Assembly (NCBI GenBank): GCA_041573795.1
Contig: JBFFQB010000001.1
Span: 82,876 to 146,875, forward strand
Source: Anaerolineales bacterium
GTDB lineage: Bacteria > Chloroflexota > Anaerolineae > Anaerolineales > E44-bin32
Length of the DNA: 64,000 bases
Direction: 5' to 3'
Below the pieces are notes generated by a model. That model saw only the letters and a program-made list of their open reading frames with translations, had not been told where the DNA came from and made no database searches. Below are positions 1 to 13,500 of this stretch, piece after piece; the stretch's first letter is position 1, and every line of letters begins with the position of its first letter. A program made the position numbers and the translations under genes.

Positions 1-280
1 GTTTGGAGAGGCACATGCCCTTCCACAGGAACTAACGACCTGGTTGGCTTTCCTCTATCTGGTATTGCTGGGTTCGATCGCGGTGTTCGGGTTGGTGCTG
101 TTCACGATAAGGCGCTGGACCGCCTCGGGCGTATCCTATCAGCTGGTTCTGAGCCCGATTGTAGCGATTCTGCTCTCAGGATGGTTGCTTGGAGAAGCGT
201 TGGATCGTAGCATGGTGATGGGCGGCGCACTTGTATTTATCGGAGTTTATGTGGGAGCGCTGTCTTCCGCACAACGCTGA
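1..280 (+). CDS. EamA/DMT-family transporter, C-terminal fragment (5' end outside window)
   Basis: Frame is open from the window edge. Hydrophobic TM helices (LVLFTIRRW, LSPIVAILLSGWLLGE, GGALVFIGVYV) are typical of the EamA repeat C-terminus. Confidence 0.55.
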   Translation, partial: FGEAHALPQELTTWLAFLYLVLLGSIAVFGLVLFTIRRWTASGVSYQLVLSPIVAILLSGWLLGEALDRSMVMGGALVFIGVYVGALSSAQR

Positions 281-282
281 AA

Positions 283-1575
283 TCAAGTGCGCGCAATAAG
301 TTGATCGCGTTCCGGCCCAACCGAGATCATTCTGATGGGAAGACCGACCGAAGATTCAATCCGCCCGACATAGATCCTGGCTGCCTCCGGCAAGCCATTC
401 CAGGTGCTGATTTCAGAGAGATCGTCCTCCCATGCCTCGACTGCCTCGAGGATAGGTACCATCTCGTCCAGCGTGGAAGGCCCGCCAACCAGATCGATTG
501 ATGGAACTCCCCCCCGCTCATAGGCTGTGCAGAGCATCAGAGTTTCTAGTCCGGAGAGGATATCCAATTTGGTGAGGGCCAGCTCTGTGAAGCCATTGAT
601 ACGCGCCGCATAGCGCAGCAAGACCAGATCAAGCCAGCCGCAGCGTCGTGGGCGACCGGTGGTCGTGCCGAACTCATCCCATGGATGCTCCCCGCTGCCG
701 CGCAGGCGATCGGCCAGCTCGCCCTGAAGCTCGGTAGGGAAAGGTCCCTCCCCCACCCGTGTCTGGAAAGCTTTGGTTATCCCGATAATCCGGTCAATGT
801 ACTGGGGTCCTACACCCAGGCCAAGCAGCGCGCCGGCAGTGGTTGGATGCGAACTGGTGACGAAGGGATAGCTGCCGTGATCGAGGTCGAGCAGGGTTCC
901 CTGGGCGCCTTCTGCGAGCACGCGTTTACCCTGGCGGAGAGCGCTGTCGATAAGGTGGCCGGTGTCCGCCAGATAGGGTTTGATGCGTGAGGCATGCTCG
1001 TGAAAATGCAGCACAGCCGACTCGATATCAATCCCGGGCTGTCCGTAGACAGTTTCCAACAATCGATTGGCCTGATCGAGATGCTGCTGGTATTTTGCGA
1101 GGTGCTCCTCAGGGTCTAGAAAAGCTTCGAGGCGTATGCCGCGCCGGGCAGTTTTGTGGGTGTAGGCTGGCCCGATTCCCCGTCCAGTTGTTCCCAACTT
1201 GGATGACCCCCGGGCGTTCTCCTCAGCCCCATCGAGGGCAAGATGAGCCGGGGTGATCAGATGAGCGTTTGACGATATGGATAAACGCTCGGGTTCGATG
1301 TCGATGCCTGCGGAAGACAGGCTATCAAGCTCGGAAATCAGGCTGACAGGGTTAAGCACCATGCCCGATCCCAAAACGCAGTGGGTGTGGTCATGAAGTA
1401 TCCCTGAGGGGATGAGGTGAAGGCGGAAAAGCTGGTCTCCTACGGTAACGCTATGACCGGCATTATCCCCGCCGCTGAAGCGTGCGACAACATCAGCCTT
1501 TCTGGCCAACAGATCGGTAATCCGCCCTTTGCCCTCGTCGCCCCATTGGGCGCCAATCACGAGATCCAGCGGCAT
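283..1575 (-). CDS. purA: adenylosuccinate synthase
   Basis: GDEGKGRITDLL P-loop and GTTGRGIGPAY motifs. Start chosen at internal Met (MPLDLVIGAQWGDEGKG), preceded by GGAGG 5 nt upstream; gives 430 aa. Confidence 0.95.
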   Translation of the reverse strand: MPLDLVIGAQWGDEGKGRITDLLARKADVVARFSGGDNAGHSVTVGDQLFRLHLIPSGILHDHTHCVLGSGMVLNPVSLISELDSLSSAGIDIEPERLSISSNAHLITPAHLALDGAEENARGSSKLGTTGRGIGPAYTHKTARRGIRLEAFLDPEEHLAKYQQHLDQANRLLETVYGQPGIDIESAVLHFHEHASRIKPYLADTGHLIDSALRQGKRVLAEGAQGTLLDLDHGSYPFVTSSHPTTAGALLGLGVGPQYIDRIIGITKAFQTRVGEGPFPTELQGELADRLRGSGEHPWDEFGTTTGRPRRCGWLDLVLLRYAARINGFTELALTKLDILSGLETLMLCTAYERGGVPSIDLVGGPSTLDEMVPILEAVEAWEDDLSEISTWNGLPEAARIYVGRIESSVGLPIRMISVGPERDQLIART

Positions 1576-1700
1576 TTCAGCCTCCAGGGCGAGTATAGCA
1601 CAGGGAGGGACAGACGCACTTGAGCAGCGAGCAAGCGATGGTAAACAGGCTACCTTCGGGCCGTCGAAGGCGCTATAATCGAATGCACGAGAGGCGAGTG

Positions 1701-2543
1701 ATGACCCAAACCCGTTACCCCTTGGGAACAATTCTGATTGTTGGCTGGGTATTTATGATCTTCTTCGGCGCCATCGCAGCTGAGGCAGGTCCCTTTACCA
1801 CCGTACGCTTACAACCGACACCCTTCCCCACGCCCACGCCTGGCCCGGATGGTCGCATTATTTATCGGGTGCAGGAGGGGGATTCGCTCTGGCGCATCGC
1901 CGCCATTGCCGGATTGAGCCTCGAAGAACTCATGGCAATGAACGGAATTCAACCAGGCGATATTATCTCTCCCGGGATGGAGCTAGAACTCGGTATTGGC
2001 GGCCCTGCTCAACCGACCGCGGCGCAACCTGGCATCCAACCAACGGCTGCCGGACCGACAGCCTCTCCCACGCCTCTCGTTGGGACGGCCGAGATTTGTG
2101 TTCTTCTTTTTCAGGATGACAATGGCAACGGCCGACTTGAAGAAACAGAACTAGCATTAGAGGGTGGCGAAGTTAGTGTTGTCGACGTCAGCGGCACGGT
2201 TGCGGGAGAGTACACGACGGAAGCCTTGCTCGATCAAGAGGACTTAATTGGCTATTGTTTCACCGATCTGGAGAGTGGCGATTACAACGTAAGCGCCGCT
2301 GTCCCCCCTGGGCATAATGCAACGACAAGTCTAAATGCGCCTGTTGTCGTCCAGCCGGGTGACATTAAGTACCTTCAATTCGGCGCACAACCCAGTTCCG
2401 CCTTGTTGGGAGGTGATGGGCCGGATGGAAGTGGGCGCTCAAGCTTGCTGGGATTGCTAGGCGTTGTACTCTTAGTAGCTGCCGGAGGACTTGGGTTTTA
2501 CGCTTCTCGGCTGTCAAAATCACAGCCACGATCACTTCGCTAA
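1701..2543 (+). CDS. membrane-anchored LysM-domain protein with SdrD-B-like fold and C-terminal TM helix
   Basis: N-terminal TM, Pro-rich linker, LysM (YRVQEGDSLWRIAAIAGLSLEELMAMNGI), DDNGNGRLEE...GDYNV repeat-type domain, C-terminal hydrophobic anchor. ATG at 1701 has GAGAGG upstream. Confidence 0.75.
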   Translation: MTQTRYPLGTILIVGWVFMIFFGAIAAEAGPFTTVRLQPTPFPTPTPGPDGRIIYRVQEGDSLWRIAAIAGLSLEELMAMNGIQPGDIISPGMELELGIGGPAQPTAAQPGIQPTAAGPTASPTPLVGTAEICVLLFQDDNGNGRLEETELALEGGEVSVVDVSGTVAGEYTTEALLDQEDLIGYCFTDLESGDYNVSAAVPPGHNATTSLNAPVVVQPGDIKYLQFGAQPSSALLGGDGPDGSGRSSLLGLLGVVLLVAAGGLGFYASRLSKSQPRSLR

Positions 2544-2586
2544 GCTTGTAACGGTAAAAAGCCCCTGAGTTTGGAAGAGAATTTCA

Positions 2587-3393
2587 ATGTTCCAACGAAA
2601 AAGCCGGCGATCATTAAAACAAGCCATCGATCAAGCAGGTGATTCCGAGCTGCGTGAACTCCAACTCGATGTTCAAGAACGTCAAGAGCGAATCGCCCAG
2701 CTGGAATTTGAGATTTCGGATACGAACGCTGAGCTGGGGCGCTTTGAGCATGCATTCGAAGCTCGCGTCGGTGTCCTTGAGCAGCAGGTAGTGGAATTAG
2801 AGGCAGACCTCGAGCAAGCTCGTTTTCAGGCGGCACGGCGTGCGCAATGGGGGGATCGAGCCGACTCGCCAGATATGCATGTAGATGTGCTCGAGCAATT
2901 TCGTCGTGCGTGGACTCCGCGGGAAAAAGCACCGGAACCCCCGCCCGAAGAGCCAGTATCCGAGGATGTCAAGGCGGAGCTGAAAGCACTCTTTCGTGCG
3001 TTGGCCAAACGCTTTCATCCGGACCTTGTGACGGATCCTGAGGCCAAGCGGTGGCGTCAGAAGATCATGGCGAAGGTTAATGAAGCCTATGCTGCTCAAG
3101 ATCTTCAGGGATTAAATACGCTGGCTTCCAAGCAAGATCGACCCGAAACTCCGGTACAGAAAAGCCGTGAACAGCAAATGGCTGATTTGCGTGCTGAGGT
3201 GCGCCGCCTGGATGGCGTTATCCGTACCCTGCAGAGAAATTTGAACGACTTGATTAACTCGCATACAGTGAAACTCATGCTTGAGGTGACGATAGCTACA
3301 AGGCAAGGCCGAGACCTGCTCGAAGAAATGGCGATCGATCTGCGCAATAAAATCGCCCGCCTCCAAGCAGAACTCGCAAGTTTATCCTCCTGA
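2587..3393 (+). CDS. J-domain (DnaJ-like) coiled-coil protein
   Basis: Central J-domain with HPD motif (LAKRFHPDLVTDPEAKRWRQKIMAKVNEAY), flanked by heptad-rich coiled-coil segments. Confidence 0.8.
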   Translation: MFQRKSRRSLKQAIDQAGDSELRELQLDVQERQERIAQLEFEISDTNAELGRFEHAFEARVGVLEQQVVELEADLEQARFQAARRAQWGDRADSPDMHVDVLEQFRRAWTPREKAPEPPPEEPVSEDVKAELKALFRALAKRFHPDLVTDPEAKRWRQKIMAKVNEAYAAQDLQGLNTLASKQDRPETPVQKSREQQMADLRAEVRRLDGVIRTLQRNLNDLINSHTVKLMLEVTIATRQGRDLLEEMAIDLRNKIARLQAELASLSS

Positions 3394-3428
3394 CCAAAGA
3401 CCAATCCGCGCATAACGTGATCTAAAGC

Positions 3429-3454
3429 AACAGGGACGGCTCACCGTCCCCGTT
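3429..3454. terminator. hairpin between convergent J-domain gene and acnA
   Basis: GGGACGG-ctca-CCGTCCC stem extended by flanking pairs. Weak U-tract, better on the minus (acnA) side. Confidence 0.45.
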
Positions 3455-3478
3455 AACTTCTGGGCTCAAGTCGCTCGA

Positions 3479-6181
<2,703 letters not shown>

Positions 6182-6497
6182 TTTAATAAATTGCCCTCCG
6201 AAGCAGGAGAAATGAGAGTTAAACAATGTCAGTATAATCGAATCTCCACGGACCTAATGAGTTTTGACGATGATCCCCTAAAAGTGGGATCGAGGTTTTT
6301 CCTTTCTTACGCTAAGATGCATGGTTAAGTTGCCTTTATTAAAGACAGATCAGCGATGCGGGACTTTCGCATGGACATGGTCCGATTCTTGGAACCAATG
6401 GGGTGCCCGAGTGTAAACTTAGCAAGGATCCAACGATGACGATTTCATCCTGCTTCTCAGATGGAATGCGTGTAAATAAACAGCGTAAGATGAGGCC

Positions 6498-9400
6498 TTG
6501 ATGGCATTCGATCAAAGCCAAACCAAGTTTGTAGAAAAGCATGAACATTTGCTCTCGGATTTGCGAGGGGCAATGTTGCGCGAACGGAGTATGGCGGCAC
6601 TTGGTCAAAAGGCTTGTGACATCCTGGCATCGTCATTGGATTACTGTGCGGTGTGGTTGGCGCGCATCGAAGAGCCTGAACGACGTGCGCATATCATTGG
6701 ATTGGCGGGAGATCGGTCCGAGCTGCAGGAGACTATTCTGCCAAGCGATGTGAAGACCAAACCACCTGGAAGATCTGATGGTTCGTTTGTGGAAGCCTCG
6801 AGTGCGATCGCCCTTGATGGTCAAACCGAATTTGAATACGAGCACGCCTGTATCCCCCTTCATCATGAGGGTGAGGTGATCGGCGAACTGCATACTTGCC
6901 TTGATTCACAACGTCAATTCGATCAAGAAGAACTACGCCTCCTAGAAGTTGTTGCGGATGACATAGCAGCAGGCATTACTCGTCTTCAAGTAGATCAACA
7001 GCATAAACGTCTACTTAAGGAAGTAGAGTCTTTTCGTGAGCTGGGGGCAGAGATTATCTCCGGTCGCGACGATCAGGCGCTATTCCATATTTTGGTACAG
7101 CAAGTCACAGAGCTGTTGCAGGGTCAAGCAGGAGGCCTGTACGTATGCGAGCCCGAAAGGCGCCAGGTGCGATGTGTTGTTAGCCATCAGACAGATATTG
7201 ATTATGCGGGAACGGTGCTGCCTTACGGAGAAGGGGCAGCAGGGGTGGTTGCTGAGACGGGTGCTCCTTTAATCATCCCGGATTACAGCCAATGGGAAAA
7301 CCGCTCAAGCAAATTCTCGGCGGACGCCTTTTATGCAGTGATGAGCGTTCCCCTGCGCTGGCAAGGTCAAGTGACAGGGGTGATCCATGTTCTGCGAGAT
7401 CGCGAGATGCCACCGTTTACCCTTGTCGATCAAGAAATCCTACTTTTGTATGCCAATCAGGCTTCTGTTGTGTTGGAAAACGCCAGACTCTTGGATGGGA
7501 TTAGAGAACGCGTTCTTCAACTTGATCGATTATCAGAAATCAGCCGATCCGCAGTTATGGCTGTCACGATTGATGAACTCTTGTTGCGTTTTCTTCAACA
7601 GTTAAAGGTGATGATGGGGGCAGATGAATGCTCCATCCTCCAATGGGATCCTGTGCAGTCGTGGGCAATCTCCCCTCAGCATGATGCGGCCAGCATTAAT
7701 GTAGCGGAAAGGCAACCAATCCCTATCGATAGCCATTCCTTGATCGAAGAAGTGATTGAAGCGGGACATCCACTGGTTGTTGAACAAAGTGATCAATCTT
7801 CTCGGATCATCGATCAACTTGGCCAGGGTTGGAAAGTAAAGACGTTGCTTGCTGTACCCGTGGGTGACAGCCAATCCTGGCAAGGCGTAGCTTTGCTGGG
7901 CTATCAGGATAAATTTCAATTCCGGCCGGAGGAGATCGAGCTGGTAGAGCAGGCAACTGCCCAAGTGACATTAACGATTTCAAAAATACGCGCTTTGGAA
8001 ACCGAGCAAAAGCGAGCAAAAGCGCTGGAGGGGCTTCGCAAGGTAAGTCTGAGCCTCACATCGCAATTGGAGATCAGTGCAGTACTCGACTCAATTCTGT
8101 CCAATGCCCTTTCTATGATTGCAGCTGATGACGCCCATATCTTCCTCTATGAGAAGGGTGAAATCTACTTTGGTGCAGCAAAGTGGGGTGAGGGTATCCC
8201 CAAGCAATCATTCGTAACACCTCGAAAGGATGGCCTAACCTATGAGGTGGCAACCAGGGGCGAGATGATAGTTATTCCCAATGTTGATGACCACGAGTTG
8301 TTCGAGCAGGTGCGTTGGGGTGGCGCAATTGTTGGTCTTCCGCTTAAAGTTCGCGAAAAAGTGGTTGGGGTCATGAATGTCGCCTTTCTCTCACCGCACG
8401 CCTTTGACGAGGCTGAACTTGTGGCTTTGTCACTGCTCGCCGATCAAGCGGCGATCATGATCCAGAATGCCAAATTGTTTGAGAACGTAGATAAGGAACG
8501 CCGCTTTGTGCAGTTGATCTATGACGTTGCCCAGGAATTGGTCAACACGCTTAGTCAGGATGAAATCCTGCAGCGTGCGGTGTCCCTAACGGCAGCACAT
8601 TTAGACGCGCAATCATGCGAAGCCTTCATCCTTGATCCCGGGCCTCGCCAACTGATCCCCCATGCCTCAGCCCGAAAAGATGGACTCGCACTCGATGACC
8701 TGCGCGACAAGATTATGCTAGAGGTAGGGCAGGGATTAGTTGGCTGGGTTGCGCAGGCAGGTCAACCAGTGCTAATCAGTGATGTCAGAAAGGATAGTCG
8801 CTGGATCACGGTTGACGGGGTGGATGATCAAGTCCGAGCGGCGATCGCTGCGCCACTGATCGCGGGTGGTGAGATGTTAGGCGTGATGGGTGTATATCAT
8901 GTTGATGAAAGCGCTTATACACTCGAACATCTTGATCTATTGGTAGCAATTGCTCGGCAGGTTAGTGTGGCGGTATCAAATGCACAGCGATATGCCCAGA
9001 TTGATCGGCGCTTGATGGAGATGACGGTCGTGCGCCAGGTTGTTCAAGTGGTTAACCGTCGCCTGGAAATGCAGTCGCTATTAGATGAGGCCGTCCATCA
9101 AGTTGGTGCCGTGCTGGGATACCCGGTGGTTGAAGTCTACTTAGTGGAAGAACGCTATCTTAATCTGGGAGCAGCCTATGGAGGACCTTTTGATCCAGAG
9201 ACCCGCTATCATATGAGTGAGGGTATCCTGGGCAGGGTCGTGCGCACAAATCGGGCGGCCTTCGTACCCGACGTCTCGAAAGATCCTGATTACATCGTTG
9301 GCTATCCTGAAACTACTTGCGAAATCGCGGTCCCCTTACGAGTCGAAGGTGTGGTGATTGGCGTGCTTAATGTCGAGTCACCCCGCCCCGCTGATCTTTC

Positions 9401-10268
9401 CGAAGAGGATAGTCGTTTGTTGATGCTGCTAGCTGATCAGCTGGCTGTTGCGGTTGAAAATGCAGCGCTGTATGAGCGGGTACGCTCCCACGCCGAATCA
9501 CTCGAAAGCGTGGTTGCCAAGAGAACATCAGAACTCGCCGAGGCGCTCATTCGTGCCCAGGCCGCTGACCGATTAAAGACCCAGTTTGTATCCGACGTAT
9601 CGCATGAACTACGTACACCTTTAAGCAATATCCGGCTTTATCTGGATTTACTTAGAAAGGGCCAGCCGGATCGCTTCGAGGATTATATGCGCACCCTAAA
9701 CCGGGAGACCAATCGATTGGTGAACTTGATCGAAGATTTACTGGCAATTTCGCGGTTGGATGCGGGGACAGTCACCCCGTATCCGGTTTCCTTTAATTTG
9801 AACGTGCTTGCGCGTGGACTGGTAGAAGATCGCCGTCGGTTATTCGGCGACCGCGATCTCACACTTGGTTTGAGCCTGCAAAGTGACTTGCCCAATGTTG
9901 TAGCCGATGAGCAGATGATCTCCCAGGTCATCGCCAATCTAATGACCAATGCCTTGAACTATACGCCGGCGGGCGGTTCGGTTACGCTGATCACGCGCAA
10001 AGTATTCAAGGAAAACGCGGACTGGGTTACCGTGGCAGTGCGTGACACAGGTCTCGGGATTCCTGAGAAGGAACGTGAGCAGGTTTTTGAGCGCTTTTTC
10101 CGGGGGGAGACAAGCCGGAAGATGGGGACTCCGGGCACAGGTCTGGGTCTCTCAATTTGTAAAGAAATTCTCATGCGGCATCAGGGCTGGATCAACCTGG
10201 AGAGTGAAGTCCAGAAAGGCAGCACCTTTACAATCTGGCTGCCGTTATCACCCGCTCGGCCTGCGTGA
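6498..10268 (+). CDS. multi-GAF sensor histidine kinase (about 1250 aa)
   Basis: Repeated GAF-like modules (recurrent G..GV....... endings), then HisKA H-box (FVSDVSHELRTPLSNI) and HATPase_c N/G1/G2 boxes (NALNYTP, DTGLGI, GTGLGLSI). Confidence 0.9.
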   Translation: MMAFDQSQTKFVEKHEHLLSDLRGAMLRERSMAALGQKACDILASSLDYCAVWLARIEEPERRAHIIGLAGDRSELQETILPSDVKTKPPGRSDGSFVEASSAIALDGQTEFEYEHACIPLHHEGEVIGELHTCLDSQRQFDQEELRLLEVVADDIAAGITRLQVDQQHKRLLKEVESFRELGAEIISGRDDQALFHILVQQVTELLQGQAGGLYVCEPERRQVRCVVSHQTDIDYAGTVLPYGEGAAGVVAETGAPLIIPDYSQWENRSSKFSADAFYAVMSVPLRWQGQVTGVIHVLRDREMPPFTLVDQEILLLYANQASVVLENARLLDGIRERVLQLDRLSEISRSAVMAVTIDELLLRFLQQLKVMMGADECSILQWDPVQSWAISPQHDAASINVAERQPIPIDSHSLIEEVIEAGHPLVVEQSDQSSRIIDQLGQGWKVKTLLAVPVGDSQSWQGVALLGYQDKFQFRPEEIELVEQATAQVTLTISKIRALETEQKRAKALEGLRKVSLSLTSQLEISAVLDSILSNALSMIAADDAHIFLYEKGEIYFGAAKWGEGIPKQSFVTPRKDGLTYEVATRGEMIVIPNVDDHELFEQVRWGGAIVGLPLKVREKVVGVMNVAFLSPHAFDEAELVALSLLADQAAIMIQNAKLFENVDKERRFVQLIYDVAQELVNTLSQDEILQRAVSLTAAHLDAQSCEAFILDPGPRQLIPHASARKDGLALDDLRDKIMLEVGQGLVGWVAQAGQPVLISDVRKDSRWITVDGVDDQVRAAIAAPLIAGGEMLGVMGVYHVDESAYTLEHLDLLVAIARQVSVAVSNAQRYAQIDRRLMEMTVVRQVVQVVNRRLEMQSLLDEAVHQVGAVLGYPVVEVYLVEERYLNLGAAYGGPFDPETRYHMSEGILGRVVRTNRAAFVPDVSKDPDYIVGYPETTCEIAVPLRVEGVVIGVLNVESPRPADLSEEDSRLLMLLADQLAVAVENAALYERVRSHAESLESVVAKRTSELAEALIRAQAADRLKTQFVSDVSHELRTPLSNIRLYLDLLRKGQPDRFEDYMRTLNRETNRLVNLIEDLLAISRLDAGTVTPYPVSFNLNVLARGLVEDRRRLFGDRDLTLGLSLQSDLPNVVADEQMISQVIANLMTNALNYTPAGGSVTLITRKVFKENADWVTVAVRDTGLGIPEKEREQVFERFFRGETSRKMGTPGTGLGLSICKEILMRHQGWINLESEVQKGSTFTIWLPLSPARPA

Positions 10269-10282
10269 ACGGCAACGCCTGG

Positions 10283-11356
10283 CTAGCAAAGTCCCAATTC
10301 GCTGCATATTTCATCCAAGCGTACGTGATCCTTCATTAAGTTCAGAAAGGTCTCCATTTTTTCCGGTAGGCCCAGTCGCGTCCTTCCCATTGAGCCTTCC
10401 ACGATTTCGATTGTCTCCATCGTGTTCTGTTTTACAAGCAGGATAGGAACGTTCATCGTCTCAGCTTGTTCAATAATCAAGGGGCTGGGGTGGAGATTTC
10501 CCGTAAGGATCATCACCACAGTTGAGGTCTCGAGTGCGGCGAGTTGGATATCCGTTCGATCCCCACCAGTTATGACAGCTTTGTTCTGGTAGCGGCGGAA
10601 GCGAGATAGAGCGGCCTCTGCTGTCATGGCACCAATCGTTAGGGTTTCGGCCAGTGCCTCCGGATTTACGCTCTTGGTGAGCACTTGAGCATCCAGTAGT
10701 TCGATGAGTTCGCCTACGCTCAGGGCTGATAATCTAGGAACGCTGGGAATCGTTCCAAAACAACGAATCCCCTTCTTATCAAGAAAGGGGAGAGCGTACT
10801 CATTCGTGAAATCAACTCCGTCTTCGGGTACCCGATTGATGATGGTCCCAAACAATTGTTCGCCGAGGCGAAATCTGGCGGTAAGTACATCATCAACTAA
10901 CCGCATTTCGCCGCGATAGGGTACAAGAACCAGAGCAGGAGCACCAAGTACTTCGGCTACGCGTAAATTCGATAAGCCAATAGCGTAACCTTCACGCAGG
11001 CTGGCACCGCCTTCCAGCAAAAGGATGTCCTTCCCCGCGCCGGCTTGTTTTGCGGCGTCCTGGATCGTTTCAATCAGGTTATCACTTTGGAGATCTTGCA
11101 AATGCGCTCTCAAAGTAGTGGGGGTCACGATGATCGGGGAAGAATCGACCGGATCGCCTTCTAATCCCAGTGCACTGTGGACGAAGACTGCGTCCTCATC
11201 AGCCAGGGTTCCGTCCGGCATACGCCATGGTTGCGTGCTAACCGGTTTTAAGTAGCCCACCTTTAATTTACGTCCCTGGAGGTAGCGACCCAGAGATAGG
11301 CAGACGGCGGTCTTGCCGGAATAGGGTTCGACTGAGGTTATATATAAGGATTTCAT
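10283..11356 (-). CDS. Pta N-terminal-like protein (P-loop-like + DRTGG domains) lacking the PTA_PTB catalytic domain
   Basis: MKSLYITSVEPYSGKTAVCLSLG N-terminus and GGDRTD motif. Start overlaps the upstream gene stop by ATGA. Confidence 0.7.
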   Translation of the reverse strand: MKSLYITSVEPYSGKTAVCLSLGRYLQGRKLKVGYLKPVSTQPWRMPDGTLADEDAVFVHSALGLEGDPVDSSPIIVTPTTLRAHLQDLQSDNLIETIQDAAKQAGAGKDILLLEGGASLREGYAIGLSNLRVAEVLGAPALVLVPYRGEMRLVDDVLTARFRLGEQLFGTIINRVPEDGVDFTNEYALPFLDKKGIRCFGTIPSVPRLSALSVGELIELLDAQVLTKSVNPEALAETLTIGAMTAEAALSRFRRYQNKAVITGGDRTDIQLAALETSTVVMILTGNLHPSPLIIEQAETMNVPILLVKQNTMETIEIVEGSMGRTRLGLPEKMETFLNLMKDHVRLDEICSELGLC

Positions 11357-13500
11357 ATGGCACTCCCGCTATTAACTATCGAGTTTCGCCGCTCTTTCAC
11401 GTCAAGGATTAGACGCATATCGATGGCAATCCCACCTTGTCCATCGCGATACAACATAAACGGATTGATATCTAATTCCGCAATCTCGGGGAAATCCTGG
11501 ACCATTTGGCCGATTCTTAAAATGGCCTCGAGCAAAGCGTGCTTGTCAGCAGGAGATTCGCCCCGGACACCATCAAGCAGTGCATGGGCTTTGATCTCTT
11601 TGATCATATCTTCAGCTTCCTGTCGAGAGAACGGCGCAATCCGAAAGGCGACATCTTTTAGCGTTTCAACATAAATCCCCCCAAGGCCGAAGGTAACCAG
11701 GGGTCCGAATTGTGGATCACGGTTCATCCCAATAAGGATCTCCAAGCCTTGGGGGACCATTTTTTGCACCAGACATCCCCATAGTCGGGCTTCTGGCAAG
11801 TAGCGTTGAGAGCGATAGGTAATGAGATCGAAAGCATCACGGACTGCCTCTGCGTCTTGCAGCCCGACTTTCACGCCACCCACGTCGGTTTTATGCAGGA
11901 TGTCAGGAGAAGCAACTTTAAGAACCACAGGGTATCCAAGTTCGGTGGCAATCTGGACAGCTTGCTCGGCGTTGGAAGCAAGTTTTGAGGCTGGTATTTG
12001 CAAGCCGTAGGCCTGTAGGATCTCACGTGCCTCTGCATCGCCGATGCTAACCCTGCCATCATCTAAGACCTTATCGATTACCTGACGAGCAGCTTTGGTG
12101 TCGACGACAAAGGATTCGTACTCTGGTAGCGGTTCAGCCTGATAGACTCGGTATTGACTCATCGCCTTATAAGCCAATGCGGCGCGCTCAGGAAAAGCAA
12201 AATTGGGTATGTTTGTGCGGTCGAGCACTTTTGTTCCAACCTCGACACGTGCTTCGCCCATAAAGCAGGCCAGGATTGGGAGATCTACCTCTTCCTTGAT
12301 TTCAGCAATCACCTCGGCTGTGCCCTCAATTTCTGTCATCGCCTGGGGGGTTAGAATCACCATCACCCCATCTACACCCGGATCGGCGACCACCTGTTCC
12401 AACGCGAAGCGATAGCGGTCAGCACGAGCATCTCCAAGGACGTCAACCGGGTTAGCGGCACTGGCGGCATCAGGGAGGAACGTTTCCAGCGCCCGGATGC
12501 ACTCCGGTTTGAAACGAGCCAGGGTCAATCCGGCTCTCTCCAAGGCATCGGTAGCAAGGATGCCTGGACCCCCGGCGTTGGTTACAATGGCAATCCGATC
12601 TCCTTTCAAAGGAGGTAAATACCCAAACGCCAGTGCGTAATCAAATAGATCCTGGAGCGAGTTCGCACGGATCACACCAGCCTGTCGAAAGGCGGCATTA
12701 TAGGCTTGTTCTGATCCAGCCAATGAGCCTGTATGTGAGCTTACTGCACGTGATCCGGCTTGTGTGACGCCCGATTTCAGCGCGACGACAGGTTTTACTT
12801 TGGTCACCTGACGTGCGACGCGGATGAATTCGCCACCGTCTGGCAAACCTTCAATATAGGATAAAATCACGCGCGATCCGGGATCATTGGCCCAGGCACC
12901 CAGCAAGTCGATCTCGTTAACATCGGCTTTATTGCCTAAAGAGACGAATTTACTTAGGCCAAGACGACCAGCTTGAGCCCAATCAAGGATGGCCGTGCCA
13001 AGGGCGCCTGATTGGGACATGAAATCCATCGGTCCCTGCGGAGGCATACCAGCGGAGAAGGAAGCATTCATCGGTGTGATCGTGTCGATCACACCCAGGC
13101 AGTTGGGTCCGACGATACGGATGCCATATTCCTTGGCGATCTCGAGCAACTCCTGTTCGCGTTGCAACCCTTCCATACCGGCTTCACGAAAACCGGCGCT
13201 GATAATGATGACGCCAGGGATCCCCTTCTGGCCGCATGTGCGCAGGACATCCGGGACGAGCGGGTAAGGGATGACGATGATTGCCAGGTCAATCTCATCG
13301 GGAACGTCATTGACATCGGCGTAGGCTTTTAATCCAAGGATTTCATCAGAGCTGGGATTGATCGGGTGGACCCTCCGGCCATCCGTTAGAAAGCCCCCAT
13401 TCACGAGATTATCGAGCACGGCGAAGCCCAACTTGGAGGTGTTGGTCGAGGCGCCAATCACGGCAATAGAGTTTGGAGTGAAGAATGACTGCAGACTCAA
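11353..13500 (-). CDS. acetate--CoA ligase, ADP-forming (fused alpha/beta, ACD family)
   Basis: N-terminal CoA-binding motif (SIAVIGAS), succinyl-CoA-ligase-like flavodoxin domains, C-terminal ATP-grasp. TTG start with GGGAG 7 nt upstream. Confidence 0.9.
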   Translation of the reverse strand: MSLQSFFTPNSIAVIGASTNTSKLGFAVLDNLVNGGFLTDGRRVHPINPSSDEILGLKAYADVNDVPDEIDLAIIVIPYPLVPDVLRTCGQKGIPGVIIISAGFREAGMEGLQREQELLEIAKEYGIRIVGPNCLGVIDTITPMNASFSAGMPPQGPMDFMSQSGALGTAILDWAQAGRLGLSKFVSLGNKADVNEIDLLGAWANDPGSRVILSYIEGLPDGGEFIRVARQVTKVKPVVALKSGVTQAGSRAVSSHTGSLAGSEQAYNAAFRQAGVIRANSLQDLFDYALAFGYLPPLKGDRIAIVTNAGGPGILATDALERAGLTLARFKPECIRALETFLPDAASAANPVDVLGDARADRYRFALEQVVADPGVDGVMVILTPQAMTEIEGTAEVIAEIKEEVDLPILACFMGEARVEVGTKVLDRTNIPNFAFPERAALAYKAMSQYRVYQAEPLPEYESFVVDTKAARQVIDKVLDDGRVSIGDAEAREILQAYGLQIPASKLASNAEQAVQIATELGYPVVLKVASPDILHKTDVGGVKVGLQDAEAVRDAFDLITYRSQRYLPEARLWGCLVQKMVPQGLEILIGMNRDPQFGPLVTFGLGGIYVETLKDVAFRIAPFSRQEAEDMIKEIKAHALLDGVRGESPADKHALLEAILRIGQMVQDFPEIAELDINPFMLYRDGQGGIAIDMRLILDVKERRNSIVNSGSAI

